From a virus (Duplodnaviria > Heunggongvirae > Uroviricota > Caudoviricetes), in the IMG/VR virus record IMGVR_UViG_2630968701_000002: a DNA stretch of 64,000 nt; one strand, given 5' to 3'. The notes under the pieces were generated by a model. It was not told where the DNA came from. It made no database searches and saw only the letters and a list, made by a program, of their open reading frames with translations. The translations under genes and the position numbers were made by a program. This document shows, piece by piece, positions 39,676 through 49,521 of this stretch (within the stretch, counting starts at the first letter, position 1; the number at the start of each line of letters is the position of its first letter).

Positions 39676-40254
39676 TTAAGGTCTGTGTTTTATCACGGAT
39701 CTTTTTATTTTTCTGATTTTTTGTTTTACTTGATGCCTTAAGATCTCTTTCATTTTTCTATAAAAATCACGTTCTAGCAGGTCTTGTTTCATGAGATTGC
39801 ATTCTTTACAACAACACTGTAGATTTTTTTCATAATTCGTTCCGCCTTTTGACAATGGGACAATATGATCAATTGTCATCTCATCGAATGGGATGAATCT
39901 TCCACAATACACACAACGTCCTTCTGATTGATTGTATACGCTCATCCGAGTTTCTTGAGGAAATACAATCCGCTTGCTCATGTCTTCACTTTGTATTTCT
40001 TTTGTTTGTTGAGATGGAATTGGAATAGGATCAGAAATTACTTCAGACTTTGACTCTGGTTTTGCCAATTCTTCTGCGATAAATCCACTCGTTTTCTTAG
40101 GAGCATGTGATTTTATTTTTTTAATTTTCGTTTTTGAACTAAAGATTGTTGCTTGACTCTTATCCGTTGTTTTGCTGATGCCACCTGATGGACTTTCAAC
40201 AATATAACTGGTTGTTCCTGATGCTGTCTTTTTTAATACATATCCTACAAACAT
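39676..40254 (-). CDS. HNH endonuclease
   Basis: CVYCGRFIPFDEMTIDHIVPLSKGGTNYEKNLQCCCKECNLMKQ. Confidence 0.75.
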   Translation of the reverse strand: MFVGYVLKKTASGTTSYIVESPSGGISKTTDKSQATIFSSKTKIKKIKSHAPKKTSGFIAEELAKPESKSEVISDPIPIPSQQTKEIQSEDMSKRIVFPQETRMSVYNQSEGRCVYCGRFIPFDEMTIDHIVPLSKGGTNYEKNLQCCCKECNLMKQDLLERDFYRKMKEILRHQVKQKIRKIKRSVIKHRP

Positions 40255-40381
40255 AATTTTTTCTCCTTTCTATAAAATTCTTCTTTATTATAAATATGAA
40301 AGATTTTCAGATTCTCAAAATTCATATATAAAAAAAGAAGCCTCGCACGGCTCCTTAAAAACTTTAAATTTTGTAATGTAA

Positions 40382-41212
40382 TTATTTAATCTTATCCAAT
40401 GTTTGTTGATCATCAATACCAACAAATTCAAAAATAAAATCATAACAATCAAATTTTATTACAACACTATCCCCAAGGATTGTATCAAATCCACAAGATT
40501 CATTTTCTAACTCTTTAAAATTATAATCTGCAATACTTTCTTTTAGATGATCTTCTAAATACTTTTTTATTAATTTCTTCATTTCATTGTATACATATTG
40601 TGAAATTCTGTTATTTAATTCATCTCCATAAGTACAAAGAATATATTCAGATTCTCCGAATTCAAATGTTGAAATATTATCTTCTTTATATTCTTTCTCC
40701 AAAAAAATGTGTATTGTTTGATTTAATGATATTTTTTCAGTGTTCACAAATTGCATTAGCATACTATGTATCATTTTCAAAATATCTTGCTTCATTTTCT
40801 TTTTATCTTTTGAAAAACATTCATTCACATAATTTACAATGTCTTTTGCATGAGCATCAATGTATTCATTATATTTTTGAACTCTTTCCATATTTTCTTT
40901 TATCCATTCTGCTTCCCAATCCCAAATCACAAAATCATCCATATATTTCTGAATGAATTGCTGATACTGCTGTTCCAGGAGTTTATCTTCTTCTTTGTTT
41001 TCACTGAATTTACATCGTTTCATTTGTCCGCGATATGGATCTCTCAAGTGGTAATAAATAGCAAGTCCATTTTTTGAAAAAAGAGCTCCTTCTACTGGAA
41101 TCTGATACCATCCATCTTCAATTAGCTTTTTTGAATATTTAAATGCAGTTTTCTTAGCTTTTCTCCGCTGATGATCTTGTTTTGCTTTTTTTACCTCTTT
41201 TAATATTAACAT
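40382..41212 (-). CDS. hypothetical protein
   Basis: 276-aa ORF. Confidence 0.45.
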   Translation of the reverse strand: MLILKEVKKAKQDHQRRKAKKTAFKYSKKLIEDGWYQIPVEGALFSKNGLAIYYHLRDPYRGQMKRCKFSENKEEDKLLEQQYQQFIQKYMDDFVIWDWEAEWIKENMERVQKYNEYIDAHAKDIVNYVNECFSKDKKKMKQDILKMIHSMLMQFVNTEKISLNQTIHIFLEKEYKEDNISTFEFGESEYILCTYGDELNNRISQYVYNEMKKLIKKYLEDHLKESIADYNFKELENESCGFDTILGDSVVIKFDCYDFIFEFVGIDDQQTLDKIK

Positions 41213-41214
41213 CC

Positions 41215-41430
41215 TTAATCTCCCTTTCTCTTAATATCATATCCCATATGAGTGTTTTTCTCAACATCAGCAATATATTTTTCTAATGCTTCATATTTTG
41301 AAATGATTTCTTCCAATTCATCAGTAGTTAACAATCGTGTTGCTTTTGTTTCTTCATCACGGAAAGTTAGTCGATTATGAGATTCCACCCAAACAGAAAT
41401 TCCAAATATGATGTCCCTGTATTTGTTCAT
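41215..41430 (-). CDS. hypothetical small protein
   Basis: 71-aa ORF. Confidence 0.35.
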   Translation of the reverse strand: MNKYRDIIFGISVWVESHNRLTFRDEETKATRLLTTDELEEIISKYEALEKYIADVEKNTHMGYDIKRKGD

Positions 41431-41541
41431 ATATTTTTCTATCTTAATTAATTTTTATAACTATATTGATTTTTTAATAGGTTTTATTACAATATTTCTC
41501 GATTATTTATAACATAATTACTTTAACAGATGTATTTTTAC

Positions 41542-42033
41542 TTAGTTTATTTTAAAAACAAACCCATGATCCTTATACCACTTTTTTACCTTTTCTCTTG
41601 TATTTTTGTCTGGCTTACAATCAATATTGATACTGAAAAGATTATCATAATGATCACTTAACAAGGTATATTCAATCTTTCCCATGTCAATTTCAGCAAG
41701 CCAAATTATATCATCACGTATATCTAATGCAAGATCAATATTTTCTCTAAACAAGATAGCAGTTTCGTTTTCTATATATTCGCTTAAAAATTGTATATGA
41801 TCCTTTTTGACAACATACATTTCCAGCTTTTGAAATAATGTGATGCTTCCTTTTCGGAAATCTATGTTTTCATCTTTAAAAATTACATTTAAACATTCGG
41901 CAGTTGTTCGTCGTGCTTGTTGTCTGGTAATTTCATGATATTTTCTATTTTCTTTAAAGCACAATTCATCACTTATTTCAAAAATTTTAACTGCTAATTC
42001 AAAATTCTTTTCAGATTTTAATTCTGTCAACAA
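41542..42033 (-). CDS. hypothetical protein
   Basis: 163-aa ORF. Confidence 0.45.
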   Translation of the reverse strand: MLTELKSEKNFELAVKIFEISDELCFKENRKYHEITRQQARRTTAECLNVIFKDENIDFRKGSITLFQKLEMYVVKKDHIQFLSEYIENETAILFRENIDLALDIRDDIIWLAEIDMGKIEYTLLSDHYDNLFSINIDCKPDKNTREKVKKWYKDHGFVFKIN

Positions 42034-42236
42034 ATCACTTCTTATTTTGTTAGCTCTTTTTTTCTAGTATATTTAACATCTTGCAGATTTTTTCATTTTT
42101 CATGTTTCTCATCCTTTCTTTTTAATAGATTATCAGTTACATTCCAATATGTTTCTATTAAAAAAATAAGCTGCAAGCTTCATATATTACACTCTATATT
42201 ACAGGAAAATTTATAATTCAACAAGCAATGATTATT

Positions 42237-42791
42237 TCAAATTACAGATTGAATGATCCCCAATTTTTCTCCACGAAGACAAGCAGCAGTTAAATTTACA
42301 TGGAAATATTCTGCGATCTTACGTGTTTTAATCTGATTTCCTTCTGAATACTGATTAGCAATTTTTCTGTATTCATCTTCTGGCATCATGAGCGCTAATG
42401 CGAAATCATATGCCATCCACTCTTTCTTTACATCTTCTGTACGAAAAGCATAATTTCTTTTGTATACTGTATCGTCTGTCCATTCGTTCCATAGTTTTCT
42501 ATTCGTCTGATAACCCATGGAAAGAAACAAATATCCAAGTTCTCTTGCAATCAACATTGTCCTATTAGGTGAGTTTTTCACACGATCATCCACCAAAATA
42601 ACAAATGCATCTTTATGCTTCTTAATATAGCAATTCTCCATTTTATGTTGTAATTCAGATGTATTAACAACTTTTCCACCAAGCTTTTCAACAACAGCGT
42701 CTATATCTGTGATAGGGATTTTGATGTCATACAGTTTAATGATATCCTCTGTCAGATGATTGATTAAGTCTTTCGTATTCATATTCAACAC
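42237..42791 (-). CDS. hypothetical protein, weakly ImmA/IrrE-like (degenerate)
   Basis: ARELGYLFL and ALALMMPEDEY resemble the DUF955 family, but the HExxH motif is not intact. Confidence 0.3.
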   Translation of the reverse strand: MLNMNTKDLINHLTEDIIKLYDIKIPITDIDAVVEKLGGKVVNTSELQHKMENCYIKKHKDAFVILVDDRVKNSPNRTMLIARELGYLFLSMGYQTNRKLWNEWTDDTVYKRNYAFRTEDVKKEWMAYDFALALMMPEDEYRKIANQYSEGNQIKTRKIAEYFHVNLTAACLRGEKLGIIQSVI

Positions 42792-42876
42792 TCCTTTTAT
42801 TTTAAATATGAGAGAATTTTAGGATGTTATTTTTCACATATCTCAGTATGTATCCCCTGTTACAAAAATCATTCTC

Positions 42877-43332
42877 TTACTCCCTTCCATGCACTTCTGC
42901 AAATTCAACATCTAAAATTTTATCTTTCTTTAGATAAACGGTACATAATATCTTACTTCCCTTACCGATTGCCTCATACTGTTCGGATGTGATTTGCACT
43001 ACTTCTAGCTTTTTGTAATCTCCGACTTTTACTTTTGCATAATAATTTGTAATTTTTCCGCTTGTTTGTATATACTTGTCTTCAACAGTTGTATACGTTT
43101 GTGTTTCAGATGTTCCAATTTTATCTTTTGCAGCTGGAATCTGAGCGATTAAAGTAATCGCAGCTGTGATGATGAAACCAACTATAATTAAAATAGTTAT
43201 TGCTTTATTCCAACACATCACACAAAACATAATCAGTAAGATAATTATTGGAACAATTATTTCAAGAATTAATTTTGTGTCCTCTGTCATTTCCTCACTC
43301 CTTCCTATGCGTTGTTGCCAATTCAACATCAA
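42877..43332 (-). CDS. membrane-anchored hypothetical protein (paralog trio)
   Basis: N-terminal TM segments. C-terminal motif YEAIGKGSKILCTVYLKKDKILDVEFA. Confidence 0.45.
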   Translation of the reverse strand: MMLNWQQRIGRSEEMTEDTKLILEIIVPIIILLIMFCVMCWNKAITILIIVGFIITAAITLIAQIPAAKDKIGTSETQTYTTVEDKYIQTSGKITNYYAKVKVGDYKKLEVVQITSEQYEAIGKGSKILCTVYLKKDKILDVEFAEVHGRE

Positions 43333-43768
43333 CGATTTTATCTTTCTTATAATAAATTGTACAAAGCACTTTGCTCCCTTTGCTGATCACCTGATATTGT
43401 TCATATGTAATCTGTATTTTCTCTGGCTTCTTCTGATCACCAATTTTCACTTCAATATAGTAATTTGTTACCAATACGCCTCCAGCCATATGTGTATCTG
43501 TATATTTATCTTCAACAATTGCATATGTTTGAGTTTCAGAGCTTTGTTTTTTATCAATAACCAATCCTATTTTTTCGCCTGAAACAATTAATAACATAAC
43601 TATGGTTGAAATCAAAATAAATCTTATATATTTGAATGCGAAATCTTCAAATCCACTCATAAGCTTTTCTCCTTTATTTCTTTGAATCATCATTTTTGAT
43701 ATGTATTTCAATGACTGTATGTTGGTTTCCCTTATGCAACAATCCATTGTTGTATAATAGAGAAGCAC
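43295..43768 (-). CDS. membrane-anchored hypothetical protein (paralog)
   Basis: C-terminal motif YQVISKGSKVLCTIYYKKDKIVDVELA. Confidence 0.45.
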   Translation of the reverse strand: MLLYYTTMDCCIRETNIQSLKYISKMMIQRNKGEKLMSGFEDFAFKYIRFILISTIVMLLIVSGEKIGLVIDKKQSSETQTYAIVEDKYTDTHMAGGVLVTNYYIEVKIGDQKKPEKIQITYEQYQVISKGSKVLCTIYYKKDKIVDVELATTHRKE

Positions 43769-43937
43769 TTATACATATCACTAATGTTGCACAGAAAGTC
43801 CAAAAAATACTGTTAAAATACCAACCATTTAAGTCATCTTTAAATATTATCGAAATGACAACCAAACCAATGATTATAATAATTGTACCAATTATTACAT
43901 ATGTCGTAGGTGTTATATTATGTAAAAAATTCATCAT
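43674..43937 (-). CDS. small membrane protein
   Basis: 87 aa with two hydrophobic segments. Confidence 0.35.
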   Translation of the reverse strand: MMNFLHNITPTTYVIIGTIIIIIGLVVISIIFKDDLNGWYFNSIFWTFCATLVICISASLLYNNGLLHKGNQHTVIEIHIKNDDSKK

Positions 43938-43975
43938 AAATCAATACCCTCCAATCCTTTGTTGATTGTGAACTA

Positions 43976-43998
43976 CTCGGTCATTGAATGGCCGAGGA
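43976..43998. repeat. solo palindromic hairpin identical to the IscB-1 end hairpin (inverted)
   Basis: ctcggtcattgaatggccgagg is the reverse complement of 14825-14845. Confidence 0.5.
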
Positions 43999-44013
43999 TT
44001 CCCGCTTTTTATC

Positions 44014-44139
44014 CTAAAATGGACGCATAAGAATATAAGCAGCAATTATAATTATTAGATTTGCACCAACAAAAGCTCCCACAAAAAAAGCAATACCAAC
44101 AACAATATAAAATATGGTTTCAAACACATCTTTAAACAT
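44014..44139 (-). CDS. small hydrophobic protein (41 aa)
   Basis: MFKDVFETIFYIVVGIAFFVGAFVGANLIIIIAAYILMRPF. Weak RBS. Confidence 0.25.
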   Translation of the reverse strand: MFKDVFETIFYIVVGIAFFVGAFVGANLIIIIAAYILMRPF

Positions 44140-44156
44140 TAGAATCAACTTCTTTC

Positions 44157-44591
44157 TTAATCTTCATCAATTTCAATATCATCAACTTTACCATTTCGAT
44201 ACGTAACAATACATTTTACTTTGCTTCCTTTTCCAATAGAATGATATTGTCTTTTTGACACTTCAACATCGTGCAAATCTGTATCATTTTTCCTGGAAAC
44301 TGTAAGGTAGTATTCCGTATCTGCAAATTGGATCAAAACCATTTCTGATGTGTCCAGTTCTGAAAATTTATCCTGAACAGTTACAGTTTCTCTTTTTTCA
44401 GTAATTGTATCTGTATGAGGTTTATCAGCGAAGCATAAACATGCGATTAATGCGATAATTGCAAGAAACATGAAAGCGTCATACATTTTTTCTCCTAATT
44501 CTTCCTTTTCTATTTTCATAATTGGTGTCTCCTTTTGTACTTTATTTTCTTTAATATAAATATGAGAGAAAATTTGTTTTTGGAAAATCAC
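44157..44591 (-). CDS. membrane-anchored hypothetical protein (third paralog)
   Basis: C-terminal motif YHSIGKGSKVKCIVTYRNGKVDDIEI. Confidence 0.45.
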   Translation of the reverse strand: MIFQKQIFSHIYIKENKVQKETPIMKIEKEELGEKMYDAFMFLAIIALIACLCFADKPHTDTITEKRETVTVQDKFSELDTSEMVLIQFADTEYYLTVSRKNDTDLHDVEVSKRQYHSIGKGSKVKCIVTYRNGKVDDIEIDED

Positions 44592-44684
44592 ATATAAAAA
44601 AGCACAAAAAAGAGGCCGATAAGACCTCTTTCATAAAACATTTGAATGTAAAAAAATATTAGGATGTTGGAGGGTGTTTCTCTT

Positions 44685-45566
44685 TTACAAGAAATCTGCA
44701 ATACATCGAAATACCGTTTCTTTACATGAATCATGCAAAATATCATGACGAAATCTAGGAATGATATTTTTTTTGATGTTTGCATTGGATTTTTTGTACT
44801 TTTCAATTACTTTATTTAATCCATTGGCTACCGGATCTTCTTCTCCTGCAAGAAAAAGAACATCTTTTTTATAACAAATATTTTGCTCCTCTTCCTGAAC
44901 ACTCATCATTCCATTCAAAAACTCAAGGAAAAATCTTGGAGTCATATCTGTGATGATCTTTTGATCTTTCAGATAATCTTCCTGAGCTTTTCCATCTTTT
45001 AACAACCAATCGATTCCACTTTTGGAATGTTTAAATTTGCGGTTGTAATTATCAAAAGCAAGTTTTTTTACAAGTTCTGATGGTTTATTATCCTTTTTGC
45101 AAAGTACACTGATCAGCCAATGGGCAAATTTTAACTCATTTCTTTTTGGCTGTCCTGTCCCAACATAGATTAATTTGTCTGCAGCCTCAGGATAAATACA
45201 TTGATGCGATCTCAGGATAAAAGATCCTAATGAGAATCCTAACATCACATATGGAATTTCTGGATATTGATGATGCATTTCACTTCGGAACAATTCAACA
45301 TCTTCAATCAGATTATTCCAATGATCGATATACAATCCATGAATTTCCTGATGAGCAGCTCTTCCATGACTTTCTAAATCGAATCCGCATACAAGATATC
45401 CTAAGTTTGTAAAATATGTTGCAAACTCATCATATCGATCAATGTATTCTGTCATCCCATGAATGAGTTGTAAAACTGCTACTGGTTTACCTTCTGGCAC
45501 CCAAACAGAACCATAGATTGTTCTACTCTCTTGATCATTTTTTAAAATTATTTTTTCTTTTTTCAT
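44685..45566 (-). CDS. alpha/beta hydrolase (lysophospholipase-like)
   Basis: LIHGMTEY...GFSLGSF nucleophile elbow (GxSxG). Confidence 0.7.
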   Translation of the reverse strand: MKKEKIILKNDQESRTIYGSVWVPEGKPVAVLQLIHGMTEYIDRYDEFATYFTNLGYLVCGFDLESHGRAAHQEIHGLYIDHWNNLIEDVELFRSEMHHQYPEIPYVMLGFSLGSFILRSHQCIYPEAADKLIYVGTGQPKRNELKFAHWLISVLCKKDNKPSELVKKLAFDNYNRKFKHSKSGIDWLLKDGKAQEDYLKDQKIITDMTPRFFLEFLNGMMSVQEEEQNICYKKDVLFLAGEEDPVANGLNKVIEKYKKSNANIKKNIIPRFRHDILHDSCKETVFRCIADFL

Positions 45567-45662
45567 TTGTTTTTCCTTTCTCTATTCGTCATTATTTACA
45601 TGACAAATATGAAAGATAGTAAAAATGATAATATTTACAAAAAAAAGACCCCGAAGGATCTT

Positions 45663-46760
45663 TTATTGCCTGGTTTCTTCTTCTACCCACTCAACAAACT
45701 GTTTTCCAAGATTTGTTAAACTTAGCCAGTATTCATATTGAGGAGTAAAATTTTTTGGAGCATGATCGTATAAAGCTGGGTGTTTATTATATTCATTGAG
45801 ATCTTCTTCATGTTTTTTCTTCTCTTTCAGATATGATTCATCTGTGAATTCACGTTTCTCAATCTGAAAGCACCTTTCATAAATGCTGCATTTTCTGAAA
45901 ATATCGCATAGTTCTGGCTCACATGTTTCACAGTACTGATGTCGTTTTAACTGATAATCGCAATTTGAAGTATTTTTTTCAAGAACAACAAAGTCTTTCA
46001 CGAGTCCATATTTTCGATCAGGTTGTGAACTAGTACCGATTTTAAGAGGATCCTTTACTTTTCTGCAATCCTCATACAGCCAACTGATATCTTCTGATTT
46101 CTTTTTTGATCTATCATAAAGAAGCTGGTGGAGTGTTAATACTATGTAATGTCTAGATTCTGAACAATAGGAATATGGTTGATTAGGATAAAGAATTCCA
46201 AAATCATATATGTCTTTCATAATACTTGGAAGGGTTCCTCCTCTAACATCTTTAACATCTCTGTTATCCATCCCTTTAAACATGAATTCAATTTTCTCCA
46301 TTATTTTCATTGTTGTGAAATATCCGCCATGACTCTCATAAAAATCGCTACTATATGGAATTTTTTGTGATTTATATTTGTTATGATACCAATATCCAAA
46401 GACATCCATTTCCTCAGCAGATAAAGTCATATTTTTTGCCGCTTCAATGATCTGTGGGTTCTCTTCAAATAGAAAATCCGGGAAATTATAGTTATTTAGC
46501 GGTTCAGTAACATTTTCTTCATTCTCTTCATCTATACATAGCACATTTCTATGAATCTGCAATACAATATCTTTTCTCTCTTTTTGTGTTGCATGATAAA
46601 AGTCTAAGAGTTTACACAGTTGTTCTTCTTTTATTTGAGAAGGAGTACGCTCCCAATTTTGAATGGTATTAGTTGCCACATCCATGTATTCTGCTACCTG
46701 TTCCTGTGTCTTACCTACATTTTTTCTTAATGCCTGTAGTATACTTTTGTTTTCACTCAT
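45663..46760 (-). CDS. XRE-family HTH domain protein
   Basis: N-terminus LRKNVGKTQEQVAEYMDVATNTIQNWER. Start refined to MSENKS (AGGAGA RBS). Confidence 0.55.
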   Translation of the reverse strand: MSENKSILQALRKNVGKTQEQVAEYMDVATNTIQNWERTPSQIKEEQLCKLLDFYHATQKERKDIVLQIHRNVLCIDEENEENVTEPLNNYNFPDFLFEENPQIIEAAKNMTLSAEEMDVFGYWYHNKYKSQKIPYSSDFYESHGGYFTTMKIMEKIEFMFKGMDNRDVKDVRGGTLPSIMKDIYDFGILYPNQPYSYCSESRHYIVLTLHQLLYDRSKKKSEDISWLYEDCRKVKDPLKIGTSSQPDRKYGLVKDFVVLEKNTSNCDYQLKRHQYCETCEPELCDIFRKCSIYERCFQIEKREFTDESYLKEKKKHEEDLNEYNKHPALYDHAPKNFTPQYEYWLSLTNLGKQFVEWVEEETRQ

Positions 46761-46774
46761 TTTTATTTCTCCTT

Positions 46775-47707
46775 TTACACAAAATCCCAAATGCTGTTAT
46801 CCGCAGTACTTTTAATTATTTGTGAAGCTCTATCTACTGTTCTTGGAGTTTCAATCGCTTTTGATTCATGTCTTTCCTTTTTTGGACTTTCCTTTTTTTG
46901 ATATTCTGTCCAGCCACTTACATGATCGCAATCTTTCATGTTCATTAATTGAAAGCAAAGTAACTCTGTAAGAATGTCATAACTGTCATTGAACGTAGGA
47001 ATTTTAACGAATAAAACAGTTGTCTGGTCTTTCATCTGATCTAATTCTAGATCATCAGTACTCGTTAATTGTTCAATCATAGGAAGATCAAAAATGGATA
47101 ATTTTGCAGCAAGAGATGCTAAGATACGTCTTTGGTCTTTCCAATGATTGACTTGAAATACTTTCCATTGCTTTACAGCAATATGATCCATACTCTTCTT
47201 TTCCAGATTAAAAAAAAGATCATCTAAATAATGGTAGGTATTCATATCTATATCATTCATCTGAGCATGCAGCATCTTCATAATAGAAGCAAAATTTTGT
47301 TCTTTCTTTGGGCGCTCCATTTTTATATAACAGAGTAAGGCTGTTAACAGCGCAATTTCTGCTCTAGTCATAAATGTTTCTTCATTATTATTTCCCAATT
47401 TATTGATCAGATATCTCGCATAAGACATTGCTTCTGCTTCATTCCTACAATAATACAGAGGATTGTAATGATTCTCTTCTTTCATCTGCACAAGATCAAG
47501 AACTTTTACTTTATATTCTTCTTTTTTAAAACCTGCAGCAGTATGTCTCATGATTTTCCCATTTGGATCATAAATAACAAAACTTTTGCCAATCTGCAAT
47601 ACCCTGTTTTTTTCTTTTATCATTTGTTCCATTGCATCTTCTGCAGAAACAGCTTCATTTGTTATTCCTGCAGCTAATATTTTTTTCATAAATTTTTCTT
47701 GATTCAT
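46775..47707 (-). CDS. hypothetical protein
   Basis: About 310-aa ORF. Confidence 0.45.
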   Translation of the reverse strand: MNQEKFMKKILAAGITNEAVSAEDAMEQMIKEKNRVLQIGKSFVIYDPNGKIMRHTAAGFKKEEYKVKVLDLVQMKEENHYNPLYYCRNEAEAMSYARYLINKLGNNNEETFMTRAEIALLTALLCYIKMERPKKEQNFASIMKMLHAQMNDIDMNTYHYLDDLFFNLEKKSMDHIAVKQWKVFQVNHWKDQRRILASLAAKLSIFDLPMIEQLTSTDDLELDQMKDQTTVLFVKIPTFNDSYDILTELLCFQLMNMKDCDHVSGWTEYQKKESPKKERHESKAIETPRTVDRASQIIKSTADNSIWDFV

Positions 47708-48015
47708 TTTTATCAATTCCTTTCTGTTTTTGTTTTTCTACTCAAATGATATCGAAACCCAGGCGAATTAACCACCATATATTAACATTTTTTCAAATTT
47801 ATTTTTAAACTGATTTTTGATGTTACACATAATTATTTTGTGTGTAATACCAATTTTTCTTTTTATTTATACATTCAGTTCAATTCATCCATTATATAAA
47901 GACATAAAAATATTTGGTATTGCCATTATTTTTTTTATGTTTCACTTTAAATATGAGAGATTTGAAAGAAAAAATATCCATACAAAAAAAAGGACCATCT
48001 CTGGTCCCTTAAAAA

Positions 48016-48879
48016 TTATTTCATCAGCTGCGAAATATCGATCATTGTATTTCCATCGCCTGAAACAGTTGGAAGCTTTCCATCCCATTTCTTCAGATAT
48101 TGCTGCACAAGAAGCTTATTGGTTAATCTCTTTTCCAAAATCTTATTAGACTCTGCTTCTGCTTTTGCATTAATGATCTTTGTTTCTGCATCTTTCTGAG
48201 CTTTTAGGCGATTCTGTTCTGCTGTTTCTACTCTTTTCTTTGCAACAGCTTCATCTGCAATTGCCTTTTCAATCTCACTGCCTGCGTTCATATCTTTGAT
48301 AGTTAATTGCACAAGCTCAACACCTTCAGACTTCAACATTTTAGACAATGTTTTGGTAGATAAGTCATAGATCTCATTCTTCTTTGACCCTAAGACATCG
48401 ATTACATTATACTGGGTTGCAACTGTTCCAATTGCTTTTTGAGCATAATTGCTAATGATATTCTTCTTTAAAGTATCAAGAGTCGTATAACGCTTATATA
48501 CTTTGAATGCATCTTTCTGGTTTACGCGAAATTTCACATTGACTTGTGCTGTCACAAACTGGGCATCCTTTGTTTGGATATTGACCTTTTTGATCGTTCG
48601 TTCTTCAACCGTTGTTGGGATACAGTAGATCTGATCCAATGGTGTTTTGAATGCGATTCCTTCATTTAATGTTTTTTCACTGGTTCCACTAAGGATACTC
48701 CAGCGAATTCCTACATTATTTGAAGGAACTTTTACAATACAAAATGACAACAAGAATGCAATAAAAGGAACAAGAATCCAAACCGCTTTTTTCGAGAGAT
48801 AAATACTTCTTTCCTCCCGGTCATATAATGTGATCCATGCGACCAATACTGTTAATGCAATCGTGATAATTTGAAACAT
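48016..48879 (-). CDS. SPFH/band-7 (prohibitin/flotillin-like) membrane protein
   Basis: N-terminal TM, then a band-7 core (...FVTAQVNVKFRV...) and a coiled-coil Ala/Glu-rich C-terminus. Confidence 0.7.
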   Translation of the reverse strand: MFQIITIALTVLVAWITLYDREERSIYLSKKAVWILVPFIAFLLSFCIVKVPSNNVGIRWSILSGTSEKTLNEGIAFKTPLDQIYCIPTTVEERTIKKVNIQTKDAQFVTAQVNVKFRVNQKDAFKVYKRYTTLDTLKKNIISNYAQKAIGTVATQYNVIDVLGSKKNEIYDLSTKTLSKMLKSEGVELVQLTIKDMNAGSEIEKAIADEAVAKKRVETAEQNRLKAQKDAETKIINAKAEAESNKILEKRLTNKLLVQQYLKKWDGKLPTVSGDGNTMIDISQLMK

Positions 48880-48983
48880 TCATTTTCTCCTTTCTTCATT
48901 TATTACAAATATGAGAGAAAATTTAAAAATAATTTTTCACATATAAAAAAGAGACCATTTCTGGTCCCTTAAAAATATTTTAT

Positions 48984-49150
48984 TTACTTATTTTCAATTT
49001 GTTTTATCCAACGATCACCAATTTCCGTTAGTAAGGTAATATACATTCTTTGTTCATGTATAGTTAATTTACCATTTTTCATTTTTTTTTCAAATTGTTT
49101 GTATTCCTCAACCAAGTCACTATCTGTTCTTCTTTTATAAATACTTTCCA
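48984..49150 (-). CDS. small hypothetical protein (55 aa)
   Basis: GGAGAT RBS. MESIYKRRTDSDLVEEYKQFEKKMKNGKLTIHEQRMYITLLTEIGDRWIKQIENK. Confidence 0.3.
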
Positions 49151-49259
49151 TTCTTATTATCTCCTCGTATAATATCTTTTAGATACATAAATACATGTAT
49201 CTAGTTACCAAATAAATATTGTTCAATAGGCTTAGCAAAGCCCATGATATAATTGTCCT

Positions 49260-49500
49260 AGTGTCAATCAGGTAATAGTTCTTTTTCTCCCTGTTGAACC
49301 AGTAATGGTTGCTTCATAAATAGTCTGTTCCCCTGACATGGAAGTTAGCTTCAAACCGGCTGGCTGTTTGCTTAAGTACATGGACTACCATCTAGCAGTG
49401 TGGTTTCGCATCTGTCCATCTTAAGCTGGATTCTTATATGCGAGGGTGTCGATGCTCCATGATCATGGGTTTTACCAAGCCGATTGAACACTTTAATCTA
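49260..49500 (+). ncRNA. candidate IS110 bridge RNA in the 5' non-coding leader
   Basis: About 250-nt structured, GC-rich, ORF-free segment immediately upstream of the transposase. Bridge RNAs of IS110-group elements are known to sit in this position. Confidence 0.35.
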
Positions 49501-49521
49501 CAACGAAAGAAGGTGATTACA

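Noticed and set aside
39560-39680. Possible plus-strand promoter (TTGCAT-16-TATACT) and hairpin ggaagac...gtcttcc downstream of the TnpB-A copy 2 left end.
   Set aside because: There is no T-tract after the hairpin and no ORF. The evidence is too weak to call a transcript.
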